Translations under genes and position numbers: made by a program
Notes under the pieces: model-generated
The model's input: the letters and a program-made list of their open reading frames with translations, nothing else
Database searches by the model: none
What the model was told of the DNA's origin: nothing
Assembly: GCA_951406725.2 (NCBI GenBank)
Contig: OX597816.1
Coordinates: forward strand, 82,460,001 to 82,524,000
Reading direction: 5' to 3'
DNA: 64,000 nucleotides
From: Octopus vulgaris
Taxonomy: Eukaryota
Shown: piece after piece, positions 13,173 to 26,790 of the stretch
Layout of the letters: every line of letters starts with the position of its first letter
Numbering within the stretch: the stretch's first letter is position 1

Positions 13173-13373
13173 TCTTTTTTATTACCATATTTCTACTGAA
13201 ATACACTGCTTCTACTTCAATTAATTTTAAAAATAATGAAGAATTTATTTAAATAACTCATTATGGAACATAAATTAACATGAAATGTAGATGGAAGTTT
13301 TTGAATTTAGATCACTTTAAAACAAGAAGATTGCATCACAGAACCAGTTTCAGGTAGGTTGGTATCAAAAGGG
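13173..13373 (-). mobile_element. piggyBac-derived MITE (~200 bp), reverse copy
   Basis: TTAA at 13169-13172 and 13374-13377; ends ggtatcaaaaggg-TTAA; reverse complement of the 2368-2588 family. Confidence 0.75.
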
Positions 13374-14649
13374 TTAAAGGTTCTGGAGGAATCACTGCAA
13401 ATTCTAGATCATATCTTTAAGAGTAAAAGTTTCTTTACACAAGTGGTGTTAGAAATCTGATAGTTGCAGCATGTTTTAATAGCAATGGGTAAAAGAAATG
13501 GTATGCTGAGATTTTATTGAGAGAACAACTGTAAATTGCACTATTTATCTAAGAAAAACACTATTTCACTGACCTAGGTACAAAACCATATTTCATAGGA
13601 GGAAAGATTACAGTCAACTAAACCAAAGCTGGGAAAGTACTAGGGTATCAGCCCCAGAGGGACCAGGCGAAAATAAATCTTAACAGAATTTAAAGACAGC
13701 AGTGAAACAAAACAAAAATAACTACTATTTATGCCAACTCAACTTTTTATCTAATTATATAAATAATTTTCAGCACTTTGAGCATGAACTTACTAAAACA
13801 ATCCTTTAACTTGTTTATTATGCCTTTAAAAATGGCTCTAGATATCTTGATGTCTTGAATATCAGAGATTCACAATCTGCAGAACCCCACCTCCACATAA
13901 ATCATAATATACATAATAAGTCTGAAATCCTTATTACTTCACTTTCTGAAAATTTAAAATGTTATTTCCATTTCAATTAAGGATGATGAATATGAAATTA
14001 TTGGAAATAAAATATTATATCTATACAATCCAAACATGAAAAAAATTATTTCAGTTGAACATCTCCAAACTCTAATGAGCTTGTAATTTAAAAAGAAAAG
14101 TTATGTAATTTTTCTTTTTAACTAAAAAAGAAATTGGCAGGTCTTTGGTATCTGATACTCAAAATACAAATATTGAAACTATTTTTTTTCTTTTCTTATA
14201 GGTGTTGGGGGAGGCCAATAATGAATAACAGCCAATTTTTCTACAAAGTCACTTCACTCATTATATGCAACAATCAAACTAGTCTTTTCATAACAAAGAC
14301 TTACTGTTTATCAAAAAAAAAAAAATCTAATTAGCAAACTTATAAACTATGTACTTTCATAAAATAAAGATTTACATAAGCAGAGCTCACTAGGTTGCGC
14401 TGCAAAGCAGCTATTTAAATAACTGTTTCTAAAAGGTATTTTGAGAGTAGGAGAGCATGTTGATCACATTTTGAAAGGAGGGGATCAACTGAATCAATGT
14501 AATTCTAAAAGAACCACCACATATGAAATGGTCATAGCAGAGGGGGGGGGGGGCTTTTGAACATTCTTGTGCACTATCAAGATTGATCTGGGACTAACAA
14601 CAATTTATACTGCTATATCTCTCACCATCACTTGCTACAGTCAGCTCCT

Positions 14650-15105
14650 CTCCATTGCGAACTATCTCTCTTTACACTTATGAAACATCCCCCTTTATCA
14701 CCCCCTGCTCACTCACCCTGTCCAATTCTCTGTACCACTTATATTCACCACCACCACCACCCCATACCTTGAGGGTATGCCCTCCTAAATACATCACCAC
14801 CACCATCTCTTTCTTTGTCTTTATATCTCTTCTCTTTCTTTTCCAACTGGGATAGCCAAGTATCTCCTCTACAGCAAGGCACCTATCTATATCTACTATA
14901 CTTTAACCTCTCAACTAGGACAAAGCCACCTTACTACTCTCTCCTTCCCTAGTTGAGGGGTCTTTGTCTTGCAAGGTGCTACATAAAAAGCACTTACTAC
15001 ATGCTGGTTTGTGTTAGGAAGTGCATCCAATTATAGAAACCATGCCACCGGCTCCTGTTCAACTGTCCAACTCATGCCAACATGGAAAATGGATGTTAAA
15101 TGACA
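14650..15105 (+). mobile_element. Degenerate RTE 3' UTR/tail fragment (pyrimidine-rich type)
   Basis: Shares tagccaagtatctcctctacagcaaggcacct and the aaaagcac...ttaggaag..catcca...catggaaaatggatgttaaatga tail with 30974-32217. Confidence 0.55.
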
Positions 15106-17167
15106 TAAATAGATGTATCTGAAGACCAGTGTGAAGTTATTTTTCTAAAAATGAAGTGATGTTCTTGATTAACCAACTCAGCAAACCTAGTTTCACTATC
15201 TTGCAACTATCATTGTGAAAAGCATGAATATAACAACCTTTCATTGAAATTCTGCAAGAACCTATTGTTTCTTAGATTATACCAAAAATATAGATACACC
15301 TGCAAACATGACTAGCTTCTGATTGATAAATCTTAAATCTAGCATAATGGTATTAAAAAGTCATTTCAGTTAACATTCCTAGTTCAATTACCTATTCTTG
15401 ATAGCTACATGAACTGAAGCATTAGAATTAAATGAACTGTCCCAAAACACAAAATGGTTAACAGTAGATTTGAACACAAGAAGTATGACTGGGTAGTTGC
15501 AATACTATATCCCTTCTACCAAATTACCTTCTCAAATGTGCAAATACAATCCGTTAATTGCATCATTCTTTCACAATCTAAGCACTACTATTTTCTGACA
15601 GTTGCAGCTGGTTGAGTTACCAGGATGTTAGCCAACAAACCGAAGAGTTGATAGTTTGTCTTCCATTACTGACGCTTTGCAGCTGGTAAAGACATTTAAC
15701 TCTGAATCATTCAGTCCACCTAGCTGTAAACAGACACCATGTTCACTGCTGAAAACAAGCCAGTTTATGTAGCTCACTTTATAAATGCATTAGTTGAACA
15801 AAAAATCCATAACCCTGAGTTTCATTGTAGTATAATTCAACTAAACATTACCATAGCCAATTCAACAAAATATATATATATATAAAAATTTTTAATATTT
15901 GTTTTATTAAAAAATATATAACAAATGAACACTTACTTGTAAAATTCCAAACTTTATACTAAATCTTTTTTCCTTCTTTCACTAATTGGATAGATTTTTC
16001 TATACTGATGTATGTGAATGCAATCGATTTTATGGCTGAATGTTGTTCTTTGTACGAAGCATTCAACTGTGAAGTAGGCTATTAAACTATCTTTGGTGGG
16101 TCATAATGGCCTACATTAAACTTCCCAAAATTCAAAAGAATCTAAAAACATAATATGCAGTTTGTGGAGGAATATTCAGTGCAGTTTAGCAAAAACTGAA
16201 GGGGAAAGGGCTGTTGTTCAGTTAGTAACAATGACCAGGTGGTGTGTGAGAAAGTGATAGAAAGTATCTAATTCAGCCCATCTCGAAATGTATTGACTAT
16301 AACAAAAATGATAGTAAAGTCTGGCATAACAAATCAGTTTCTGAGAAAACAAAAAAAAAAATGGTAATAAAAAAAATTCAGTCAAAAAGATAAGAAAAAT
16401 ATCAGTTTTAATAATTCAAGTTAATAACATTCCACATGGAAAAGTCTCAACAAGAATAATGGTAATGGACAATCATAGAAATATATTATCACATCCTTTT
16501 GTTAGATATCAATGAAACTCTTTCCATATGTGAACTGTCTCCACATATTTGTTTCCATGATTATATCTAAAATATTATACAAATAGTTTTGTCTCTTATT
16601 CCAAGAATATCATTGGGAAGAAATTCCTGTATATTTCAAACAAAATATATCTTTATTTTATATGTAAGCACATCACTGAAATTTAAGAAAATGAAAACTT
16701 GTCTAATAACCTAAGTTTTCAAAATATGATTACGATAAATGAACAAGAAGTAAAATAGATTTACAGTTAAGAAGAAAACTGATTTTAAAAAACGGAAAAT
16801 TCATTCAATCTCATTTTGAAAAAATAAATTAATTTAATCTAACTGATACTTCATTAATAATATGATTAAAGAAACTGATATCAAATTTGTTTTTTTAAAG
16901 CTAGCTAGATTGAAGAACACAGAACATTTAGCTGTTAATAATACACGTTAATAATACACATTTCCCAAGAGTAAATAGTTACAAATTTGCAGAGTTGATA
17001 GTTCGCTAAATTGGTCCAATATGTACCTGGCACTATCACCATGAGTTGCTCACTAGAAGTAGTAACAATGCTATGAAAGTGATGTGCTGAGAATGGTATT
17101 AGTGATAGGTATTGTGATTTGAAGCTGTACCCCTCATCAGAACAAAGAACTTCAAGGAGACAGAGTT

Positions 17168-17912
17168 CATCATCATCATTTAACGTCTGTTGTCCATGCT
17201 GGCACGCTGGAAGGCTGCACCAGATTCTAATCTGATTTGACATGGTTTTCTACAGCTGGATGTCCTTCCTAATACCAGCCACTCCAAGAGTGTAATGGGT
17301 GCTTTTATGTGCCACCAGCACAGGTGCCATTTACATGACACCGGTGTGCTTTTATAAGCCACTGGCACAGGTGCCAATTTGCGTGACACTGGTATCTGCC
17401 ATGACTGCGATTTTGCTCAGCTTGATGGATCTTCTCAGGCACGACATAATGCCAAAGGTCTTGATCGTTGCCTCTTTGAAGCCCAACACTTGAAAGGAAC
17501 TCAGCCACTTTGCTTCTGTCAGGCTCAAAGTTCGAAGATCATGCTTCACCACCTCATTCTATGTCTTCCTGAGTCTACCTCTACTACAGGTTCCCAGCAC
17601 AGTTAGAGATAGGTACTTCTTTACACAGCTGTCCTCGTCCATACGTATCACATGACCATAGCAGCACAGTTGTCTTTCTTGCACACCACATCTGATGCCT
17701 CTTTTCTTCTTATGCCTAACTTTTCTCTCAAGATGCTTACACTGTCAAACATGCACACTGACATTGCACATCCAGCAAAGCATACTGGCTTCATTTCTTT
17801 CAAGCCTATGCATGTCTTCAGCTGTCACAGCCTATGTTTCACTGCCATGCAGCATAGCTGTTCACACATAGGCATCAAACGATTTGCCTTCCACTCAGAG
17901 AGAGAGAGGCCC
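17168..17912 (-). mobile_element. 5'-truncated RTE LINE (C-terminal ORF remnant plus 3' tail)
   Basis: Minus strand encodes ..AMLHGSET..VTAEDMHRLERNEASMLCWMCNVSVH..LREKLGIR..GVQERQL..MDEDSCVKK..VVKHDLRTL. Ends in gacgttaa(atg)n, the same tail as the 48.7 and 50.1 kb copies. Confidence 0.9.
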
Positions 17913-20900
17913 TGAGAAAGTTGACTTAAATAAAAAATGTAATGCCTTATAGAAGCAAAATGGAGAATTAGAACAAAGATTCTATAGCTGTCAGGAAGAA
18001 TAATTTGAGCATGATACTTTGGATATTTGAGAATAGATATTTGGGAAACTGCTATGGTATGGTCAGTATAATACTGCTTAGACACAAGTCTGGGCTTCAT
18101 CCACTTCAGGCAGGCTGCCTGGATAAGAGTGTATGTTATAAGATCTGAAACACCCATTGACCCCAAGAGACAGCACTGTGTTGCATCTATAAATGCATGC
18201 TGAACTATGTAAGAAGGCACAAGTAGCCAGGTAGCAATATACTGAAAATGATGAAACATGCAAAGTGAAATAAAATTAAGTTAATGGTGACCTGACTTGA
18301 CTGAATCACAGAATGCTGAACCCCATGGGTGAGATGATACAGAATCAAGTCAAATGGAAAGAATGATGCAATGCAAATTCGTTCATCCATGTCAGAAAAA
18401 AATAAATAAGAATAGAAAATTACATGAAGATAAGCATGCTATTGTTGTTACTACACAAATCTAAATCCAGACAAAATAATTTACAAAAAAATACTTGCAT
18501 ACCAATCTCTAGGGGTTTTTGAGTGCTAAAATTTCAGTTATTAACTGAATAGATAGATACATTTTCAACCATTTTATAAGACCAGACAGATAAAAACTTG
18601 GCAATAAAATGAAATGAATCCACTACTTCAGTGTTCCTTTTTTTCTTTTATTGTTCTAGGCATTGTATTGTGACCTTGCTGGGGCACTGAAGATAATTTC
18701 AACATTTTTAAATTAGTGTATTTATGTGTGTGTGTACACAGACAAGAAAATATCCAAGTTACTTACGAAAGAGATCTATTGTGATTTCTCAAATTAATGC
18801 TGTAAAACTTACATACTGACATTCCTATCATCAGTTTAGCAACTATTTTTGTTTTATCCGTGGGGAAGTCAACGATATATTTCTACCATTGCTAAATTGT
18901 ATTACAGAATATATCTTTAGATTTTAGCCAACTCTGTAGTAATAGACACATAAAAATGTTATCTTTATATTTACATGGACATAAAAAGAAGGTTCACCCA
19001 GGCTGTTTGCTTTTCATATACTCCATAACATTAAAACAAAGTGCATCAGTAATTTGTTAATCAAACCAGCTGTCGAGTGCAAACCAGTCTGATTTACTTA
19101 AGTTTCGAGTCATTCTTTGTAACAAGCAGTGTCTCCATAAAAGGAAGGAACTTAGTTGTTAATGAAATCCCAACACAGGCTTGAAACTAAGCTGGTTGAT
19201 TACCCGTTTTTGTGTCCATGAAGACACTGTACATAGATAAGGTGTTTACATCAGTCTATTTCATGAAGAGTATATTTACCGATTTTTAGCAAACTATATT
19301 GCTACAGTCTAGCACTGAAATAAAACAATGCACCAGTAATTTATTTCTATTATTGTCACAATTTTGTGTCATTTTATTTGTGAAGATCAGTTCCTTGCCT
19401 TTCAGCCGTTAGCAAATCACTCAGTATATATCCTCCATTTGCATTTATATATCAAAAACATCTTGCTCTCAGAATATGTATTAATAATGATGTTAAACGA
19501 TGATGATGATGAATGACTAGTTGTATGAAGAAGTACATATGAGTTGATGGAGACTGGTAGAAGAGGTTGATGAAAGAATGTTTGGCATGAAATAGAACGG
19601 AATTGAGAAAGCTAAATACTAACATGAAATAGAGTCAACTAAATATGTGTTGTATAAACAGGTCTACCATATTACCAGCCAGCATGGCAAGACAAAAGCT
19701 GAAAAGAAGATTACATTTAGCCCCAGGTCCACTGATTAAGCAAAGCTATGATCAAGAGCAAGTTCTGGCCATCTCTTTATCTCAAAATATCTAGGACTAC
19801 ATTATCCCATGTGTCCTATTTTTTAGAGGACATGATGTGGTCCAAAGGAGATGTGACTGTTATTTCCAGCAGATCAAACAACACATTGGTACTCTCAATG
19901 GCTCAATAAAGATGATAATGGCAGTGGTGACCATAATTATCATAACATTAGAAAGATTAACCTCTTTCTATATACATTGTAGATACACTGAGTATCAATG
20001 TGTGACTACTGATATTGACGCACAGACTTAATAGCCTATCAGCTCTATTGCACATTTCAGCAACAGACCAGTTCACTAAATTAAACCACCATGACTATCA
20101 TCAGTAAGCGCCACATCTAACAGAAGAAGTATGAGCAGCTAATGTATTTTGATATTCTTAGTTCGGTCAATACAACAGCATGACAACTAGCAAGATATTA
20201 CCAGCCTTGCTCACTTATGTGTGTCAGATGGTGGGCTGTACACCTCATTTCCTTTTTCATATTGATTCCTCAACAAGCTTCTCATTATATTCCTCCTTGA
20301 CATATGAATACTACAGAGTTCTACTCAGAATTGACTTGTTGCAAATCAATGCTTAGTTATAAATGTTTGGCCAAGGAACCACAGCATTTATTAATTTGCT
20401 GACTTTCATATCAATTCTGTTAGAAATAGTTCTCATCCAGACAAAACTAATTTAAAATTGAATGATATCAAAAATATTAATTATAAAAATACACATGTAC
20501 AAAATATAGCTTGAAACTTAAAATAAAAAAACTTAATATTTTAATTTTATTAGAATCAAAAAAGAATTTCTATTAACTCAAGGCCATAGATATGTAATGG
20601 AGAAATACAACTGAATCATACAATATATTCATAGTAGTTATTTTAGTGACTCAGGTGGTAGATAAAGCAAAGTCAACTTGGGATGAATTGAACTCTGTCA
20701 TAGACCCTGTGCTCTTCCATTTCTACTATTCCACCATCCAACAATGATTTCTAAATTAAGTATATGGTTGTTTTTATTTTAGTTAATTTTAACTATTTTA
20801 TTATTTGTGATAATGGATCAAGTTGATTATACTGACAGACACAAACAATCATTCTCATAAACCTTAAACTTTATTAAAAACCTTATAATTGTAACAAATC

Positions 20901-21589
20901 CCTGATTTGGCTTCACAATCGCTGATGATTTTGACAATCCTATGTATTTATAGTAAACACTGCATCCCCGAAACTAGCCTTTTTTTTTTTTTTTTTTTTG
21001 ATAGAATCAGAAAATACTTCAGCTATTGGCTGTACTAACCTAAAGTATAGCAATAAAATACTGCCCCTACATCTGGAACAGTTGCTGTTATAAGATCACA
21101 TACAAAAGAAAGCTGTCCATCTAACTGCCAAAGTCACATTCAACAACATTAAAACCTCTGTCCCACAAATGTGTTGGTGTCTCCTCACTACACATTCATT
21201 TGTGGCATGGTACTTGAAATATGTTGCATTGATTTGGGTGTCTAGTCACGTTTTCTTTGATTAAAGACTATCTGAATCTGTAGAGGAGACAAATAAGAGG
21301 ATTTGTATATAATAACTTCAATCTGCATCATATATATTTTTGGCCAAGTGAAGCAATTGTTTTATGCAAGCACACAAGTGTGCATACCGACAAAAATGCA
21401 GATATATCTTTGTAGGCAAGCAAATACTTGTGCAAATATGTTTGTGTTGTTGCATGAGAGCATGAGCTTTCTCTATGCCTGGATCAGAGTTATAACAGAA
21501 GTGAGGAACCTACAACCTTATGTAAAGTGAGAGGGAAAATAAATATATTAGAACACATTTTGTTGATTAAAGTCTATCACCATCATTAT

Positions 21590-21990
21590 TATGGTTTAAC
21601 ATCCACTTTTTCATGTTTGCATAGATCAGATAGAATTTGTTGAGGCACAGTTTCCAGCCACCACGCTCACCTGCTTTGAAGCAAGTTACTATTTCCCCAT
21701 AACCAAACATGTTTTGCATGGAAGACTGGAAACAAATAGTGTCACTTGTATGAAGGTGATGCTCATTTAAAAATCATCACATGACATTAAGACTAACACA
21801 CAAATTCCCACACACACACACGTGTGCACGACAGGCTTCTTTCAAGTTCTTTTTACCAAATTCACTCATAAGGCTTTAGTCAGCCTGAGTCTATAGCAGA
21901 AAACATTTGCCCATAGTGTCACACAGTGGAACTGAACCCAAGACCACACAGTTGGGAAGCAAGCTTCTTAATCACACAGCCAGGCCTGCA
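21590..21990 (-). mobile_element. tRNA-headed SINE with RTE-like tail
   Basis: Reverse complement has the head gcaggcctggctgtgtgattaagaagcttgcttcccaac..ggttcagttccactgtg, the family core, a (TG)n linker and an RTE-like 3' end. Confidence 0.75.
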
Positions 21991-24764
21991 AATATCTTTT
22001 TAATAAATTGTAAGTTTTAAAAACATCTATTTATATACTTATATTTAATGTTAAATGTAGCCACACACACACACACACACACACAGTTTTATCACCATGT
22101 GACACTCCACAGAGATGAACATGGATACATGTTTAAGCATGCTTTACCATAACAAAGAAGTTGTGTTTAAAAATTTAGGATATCAGTTAAAATTTGTTTC
22201 CTTGATTGTATATAATTTAAACCAAGCTGTATTCCCATTTGTATGTTTGCTTGCATCTATTTATATATTTTCTCATATGTCTGAAAATGATAAGGAACTT
22301 CTGGAACAGGATTTTTAATAATGACTGAGCTTTTTGATACTACCTGACCTCTTTTTAAGAACAAAAGGGTTTGGTAGTATAAAATATTTTAAACATGGCT
22401 TTCCACTATAAAACAATTCCTTTGGGTTAAAAACATTTCGAGATATTGTGGAGTGTAACTGAAATGTCTATTTAGTCATGAGGGTTATGTTGCATACTCT
22501 GCAATTGCTATATGGATTAATGCACATTACAGCAACAGGATGAGCACATCACATTTAATTAGTCTTGTAGTTTTAATACGGTAATAAACAGCACTAATTA
22601 ATACACATCACAGCCATGAGAACTGTGTCTTTACAAACTTAAACTGTCTTTTAGTTTTAATTGGGTTTGGTTTGAAAAAACTTTCCTGGGATCTTCACAC
22701 ACATACGAGTAATGGGTCTGTAAAATATTGTTTGAGAGGAATTCTTTTTAAGAGTTGTCTTTTTATAGTTTTTAGAATCAGTATTTTTGAAAGTATCTGA
22801 CAGGTATAATTAATAATATTTGAATGGTCCAATTCTCTGAAGTTTTAGATATTTTAGATCTAAATAGGATATATTGTTATAACACATGAATTCTTATTCA
22901 CACACAACATTTCAAAAGTCACTAGATGGAGTAATGAGCTAGATTATAAGGAAGATGTGAATGTCAGTACAATCAGACCAATCTATTGATTTGGGTTATT
23001 CTGGATAACTTGGAGTTTTGTTTGAATAGGCTCACTTGCTCTAGCAAGGTTCTTCAAGAGTTTGTTTAATCATCTGTGGTTCAATAAATGCCAACTGAAA
23101 GGAGTAATGTGGAAATTGGGTTAAATTCCAGAAGGCAACCACCTGAAATAGCTAATATATATTTATTATGGGAGACCTTTATGCAACCTGAATAACCTGT
23201 CTAATCCATAAAAGCAGAGAACAACAGTAAGAGTATGTTGATAACAATAAATACAAATACAAATGAAGGACCAATATATTATCTTATATAGGATTATTCT
23301 CAAACAATAATGTTTTCGATTTATTTTCAAAATATTGACTATTAACTTTTAAGAGAAAAACAGGCTTTGTTTTTGTAAAGGATAGGTTACACAGTTAATA
23401 ACCCAGCTTCGGCATATTATTGATATTTGTTCTATTGACAATCCTGAGAGCTTTTTTAATTAACAAAAATAGATAATCTGAAAAGTACTAAAACTTGGAA
23501 GACTGAAAGACTAATTATAAAGAAATAGTTTTAACATTACTATGTAGATCTTCCTTAGTCTAATATGAAGAGGACTAAGTAAAATGATTTGTTTACATAC
23601 AAAATATAATTCACAAAATTAAATATGTGGAAGAGGAGATATAACACTAATCAATACCTACTCCAAAATATGTAATGATAAACATTTTCTCCTTAAAATG
23701 TAATTACCAAAAGAAAAAAAAATTTCTATAACATAAACAGCAAGGAGACAAGTGATACCAGATAGTGGCAAAAGCTGCAATATGATTTAGATTTAGTTGA
23801 CTTATACTTACCAATAGATAATAACTAAATTCAAATGGAAATGCCATAGATGATAGATAAATGAGTCTCTCTATAACCAACTTTAGATCCATTACAAACA
23901 GTTTATCTACCCTCCTTCTCTAAGCATTAAGCTGTCACAAAAAAGTACCCATAAATTGTTGATTAACCAAAAGAAACGATATTTTTGTACGCAAAAGAAC
24001 TTTCTCAGGACTATTACAGCCTCAGTTAAATAAAGGCCTATCACTTTAATCCAGAGATAAAAATACAGAAACAGGAAGGATATGATTTAAATTATCTAAA
24101 AGATCCACCGCTTTCCAACTAAATTCTTCCTTGGATTATAAACCTACTGGAAGTAAAATTGCATACATTTTTTTAAAATTAGACTAAAAAGTTTTAAGTT
24201 CCGAAAATAAATATTTCTATCATCTAAATTTATAAAAGGAGAAAATCATCATCATCATCGCTTAACATCCATCTTCCATGCATGCATGTGTAGGATGGCT
24301 GACAGGAGCTAGTCAGGTAGAAAAAAACTACACTAGGCTACTGTGTCTATATCTTTATATAATCCATGGCATAAGTTTTTTTGTTTTCATTCAAGAGATC
24401 AGGAGGTAGAATCAATTCCAAGATTAATTCAGATTTGGAATGTATTTTATTGCCTTATCATAAAGGACTTGATTTTCTATGGATTCCCATCAACCTTATT
24501 ATTACTCAACTACAATAGAAATAAGCATTTCCACGTATAGATACACTTATTATCATACAGAAATAATAATCGAAATGTTTTAATTAAGAAGGGGAAATAT
24601 GCATATACATTCTAGAAAAATATTGAAATAACATTTACTTTTTCCATTAATGTTGATTAAAAAGCTGACAAATTAAAGTTATGCTACAAACTGCTCTATA
24701 TGAACTTTTGAGATCAACATGAAGACAATTACAGGTTACCTCAGATCTGCCATTACATCTAAAG

Positions 24765-24862
24765 TATGTGTGTGTGTGTGTGCGTGTGTGTGTGTGTGAG
24801 TTGCACACATACATGCATGTGTGTGTGTGCACGAGCGCATACACACATGCATGTGTGTGTGT
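24765..24862. repeat. Compound (TG)n/(CA)n microsatellite
   Basis: Alternating TG and CA runs forming an almost continuous purine-pyrimidine tract. Confidence 0.85.
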
Positions 24863-25126
24863 AAATCTGATTTGAAAAATTACAAAAGTGTTAATAACAC
24901 ATAAGATACTTGACATTTGATCAATAAAAAATTATCCAAATTTCTAATGTTATCTACTCAAGATTTTAAAATCTATAGTGATTGCAATTCGAGAAAACAT
25001 GTTGAACTTGAAAAGACCTTTAATACTCTAATTTTAAAGTTTTTTCAGTATTTACAAATTCAGGGAATTAGAAGTAACTAAGTCAAAATTCTTTACCTGG
25101 CACATAAGTAAACACTTAACCAATTA

Positions 25127-26555
25127 CTGTAAAAACCCATGTAATTTGTGTAATTTACTCAGGTGATTTTCAGGATAAAAATTGTTAAAAAAAGCTTCTA
25201 CTCGTAAAATTCGCCCCTTAAAGTTTTCAGAATTGCTGATATGGCCAGGGGAAAAAGGTTTTCAGTTTAGTTGTATTTAGCATAATTTCACTTACTTATG
25301 ATTAGATTTTATTAAATTTTCATTAAATAAAAATAATTTCAGTTTAACAGGTATCACATTGAAAGCTATTAAATTATGAAGTCTTTGTATTGTTTACAAT
25401 AAACTTTATTTTACATTTCTTGCCCACAAGAGATTATGTCTGACCTTTAGCATACTTCTGTATGTCTTCTCTCAAATCACAATCATAGGAAATTCTTATC
25501 AACAAAAACAAAGCTGATAAATATGCACAGGTGTTGCAAAATAAGTTTAATTACCAATAAACATCAGAATTCTAATTGGTTGAAAGTGTCTTCTTGTCTC
25601 AAGCTTTCATTTTCTGCCTATTCTTGTTGGAATCTTTGATACAGAGTATAGAAATTTTAATCCCTTTCACACTTATAAAATGTCAGGCAAACCTAAAAAT
25701 TTGTCATTACTGTTTTAGCCAGGAGACCAAACCGATAGTCTGTTAACCCGCTAAAACAAAAATCAAAAAGAGAAAATTAACAGCTTTGCAAGTTTAACTC
25801 GATGTTTACTGAACGAGAGAGGTATGAAATTTAAGAAGCGAGTTGTTAGAATATACACATCTGTGAGGAGACATAAACAAGAATAGCAAAAATTTACTAT
25901 ACCAAAAGAACTAGTAATACATACAAGTGTTCTATGAAGAGAACATAAGATTGCTGCATAATTCAACATGAATGTGAAATGACATTAAACATCATATAAG
26001 GTAAATGAAGGTTTCTGTAGGAATGCTAAGTCATATTCACTTAATGAGTTTACATGCGCAAGGATAACTTATGATGTTGTCATCAGCGTTTGCCGATATC
26101 AGCTGTGATGAATTTCACTGTCCTAACGCAGAGAAAGTGAGCAAAAGCTTCTGGAGGCAAATGCAAATTAGTCTTCTTAAGCGGAGAAAAACTGATCTAT
26201 TTAAGGAAGCAATGTAAAATATGGCCCGGACTGTGATTACCAGCATGAACATCAAACTTCAAACAGTAGCCAACCATTTAATGATTTTAGTAAATTTATA
26301 CAGAAAAAGTAAGCATTATACCATCCAGCATAAATAAAAGTCAACTTCATTATATTTTTTCTGTAAAAACCTATTCTGACATTAAATTATTCAATTTGCG
26401 GTATGAATGTTTACATTTCTATTTCATTTTGCAACAAAAAAATTTCTAAAAAAAATTCTGAAAATGATCTACTCATCTAATTTACACACCCCCCCCCCTA
26501 AAGTTTATTTTTGTTTTTGCGGAAAAATGTGCGTAAATTACATGAGTTTTTATAG
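25127..26555. mobile_element. Non-autonomous pogo/Tc1-like DNA transposon
   Basis: Inverted termini ta-ctgtaaaaacccatgtaattt (from 25125) and aaattacatgagtttttatag-ta (to 26557), each flanked by TA. No intact ORF inside. Confidence 0.7.
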
Positions 26556-26689
26556 TACCAAATTAACCTATCAATAAATAAGTAGCATAAACAAGCATTG
26601 AGCAGCAGCACTGTAGAGTTGATATATTTTGTTAATTACTAGTGCTAAGCTTTTATCCCAACTCCATCAACTGCCAGAAAAGGAAGTGT

Positions 26690-26790
26690 GAATCCAGGTT
26701 CAGCCCCTCTGCATAGCACCTTGGGCAAGTGTCTTCTACAATAGCCCAAGTCCAACCAATACCTTGGTGAGTAAATTTGGCAGACACAAT
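26690..26790 (+). mobile_element. Partial tRNA-headed SINE
   Basis: ggttcagccc..gcaccttgggcaagtgtcttct..ccttggtgagtaaatttggcagac matches the SINE family core. Confidence 0.7.

Noticed and set aside
15931-16130. Strong minus-strand donor (caa|gtaagt) with a few nearby CpGs
   Set aside because: All three frames hit stops and there is no B56 similarity; a non-coding exon cannot be supported from sequence alone.
17825-18259. 144-aa minus-strand ORF
   Set aside because: No recognisable domain; overlaps an RTE remnant and degenerate repeat-like sequence.
18761-18802. Possible 33-nt micro-exon (ttttacag|...|gtaagt)
   Set aside because: Weak polypyrimidine tract and an immediate stop in the required phase; likely chance.
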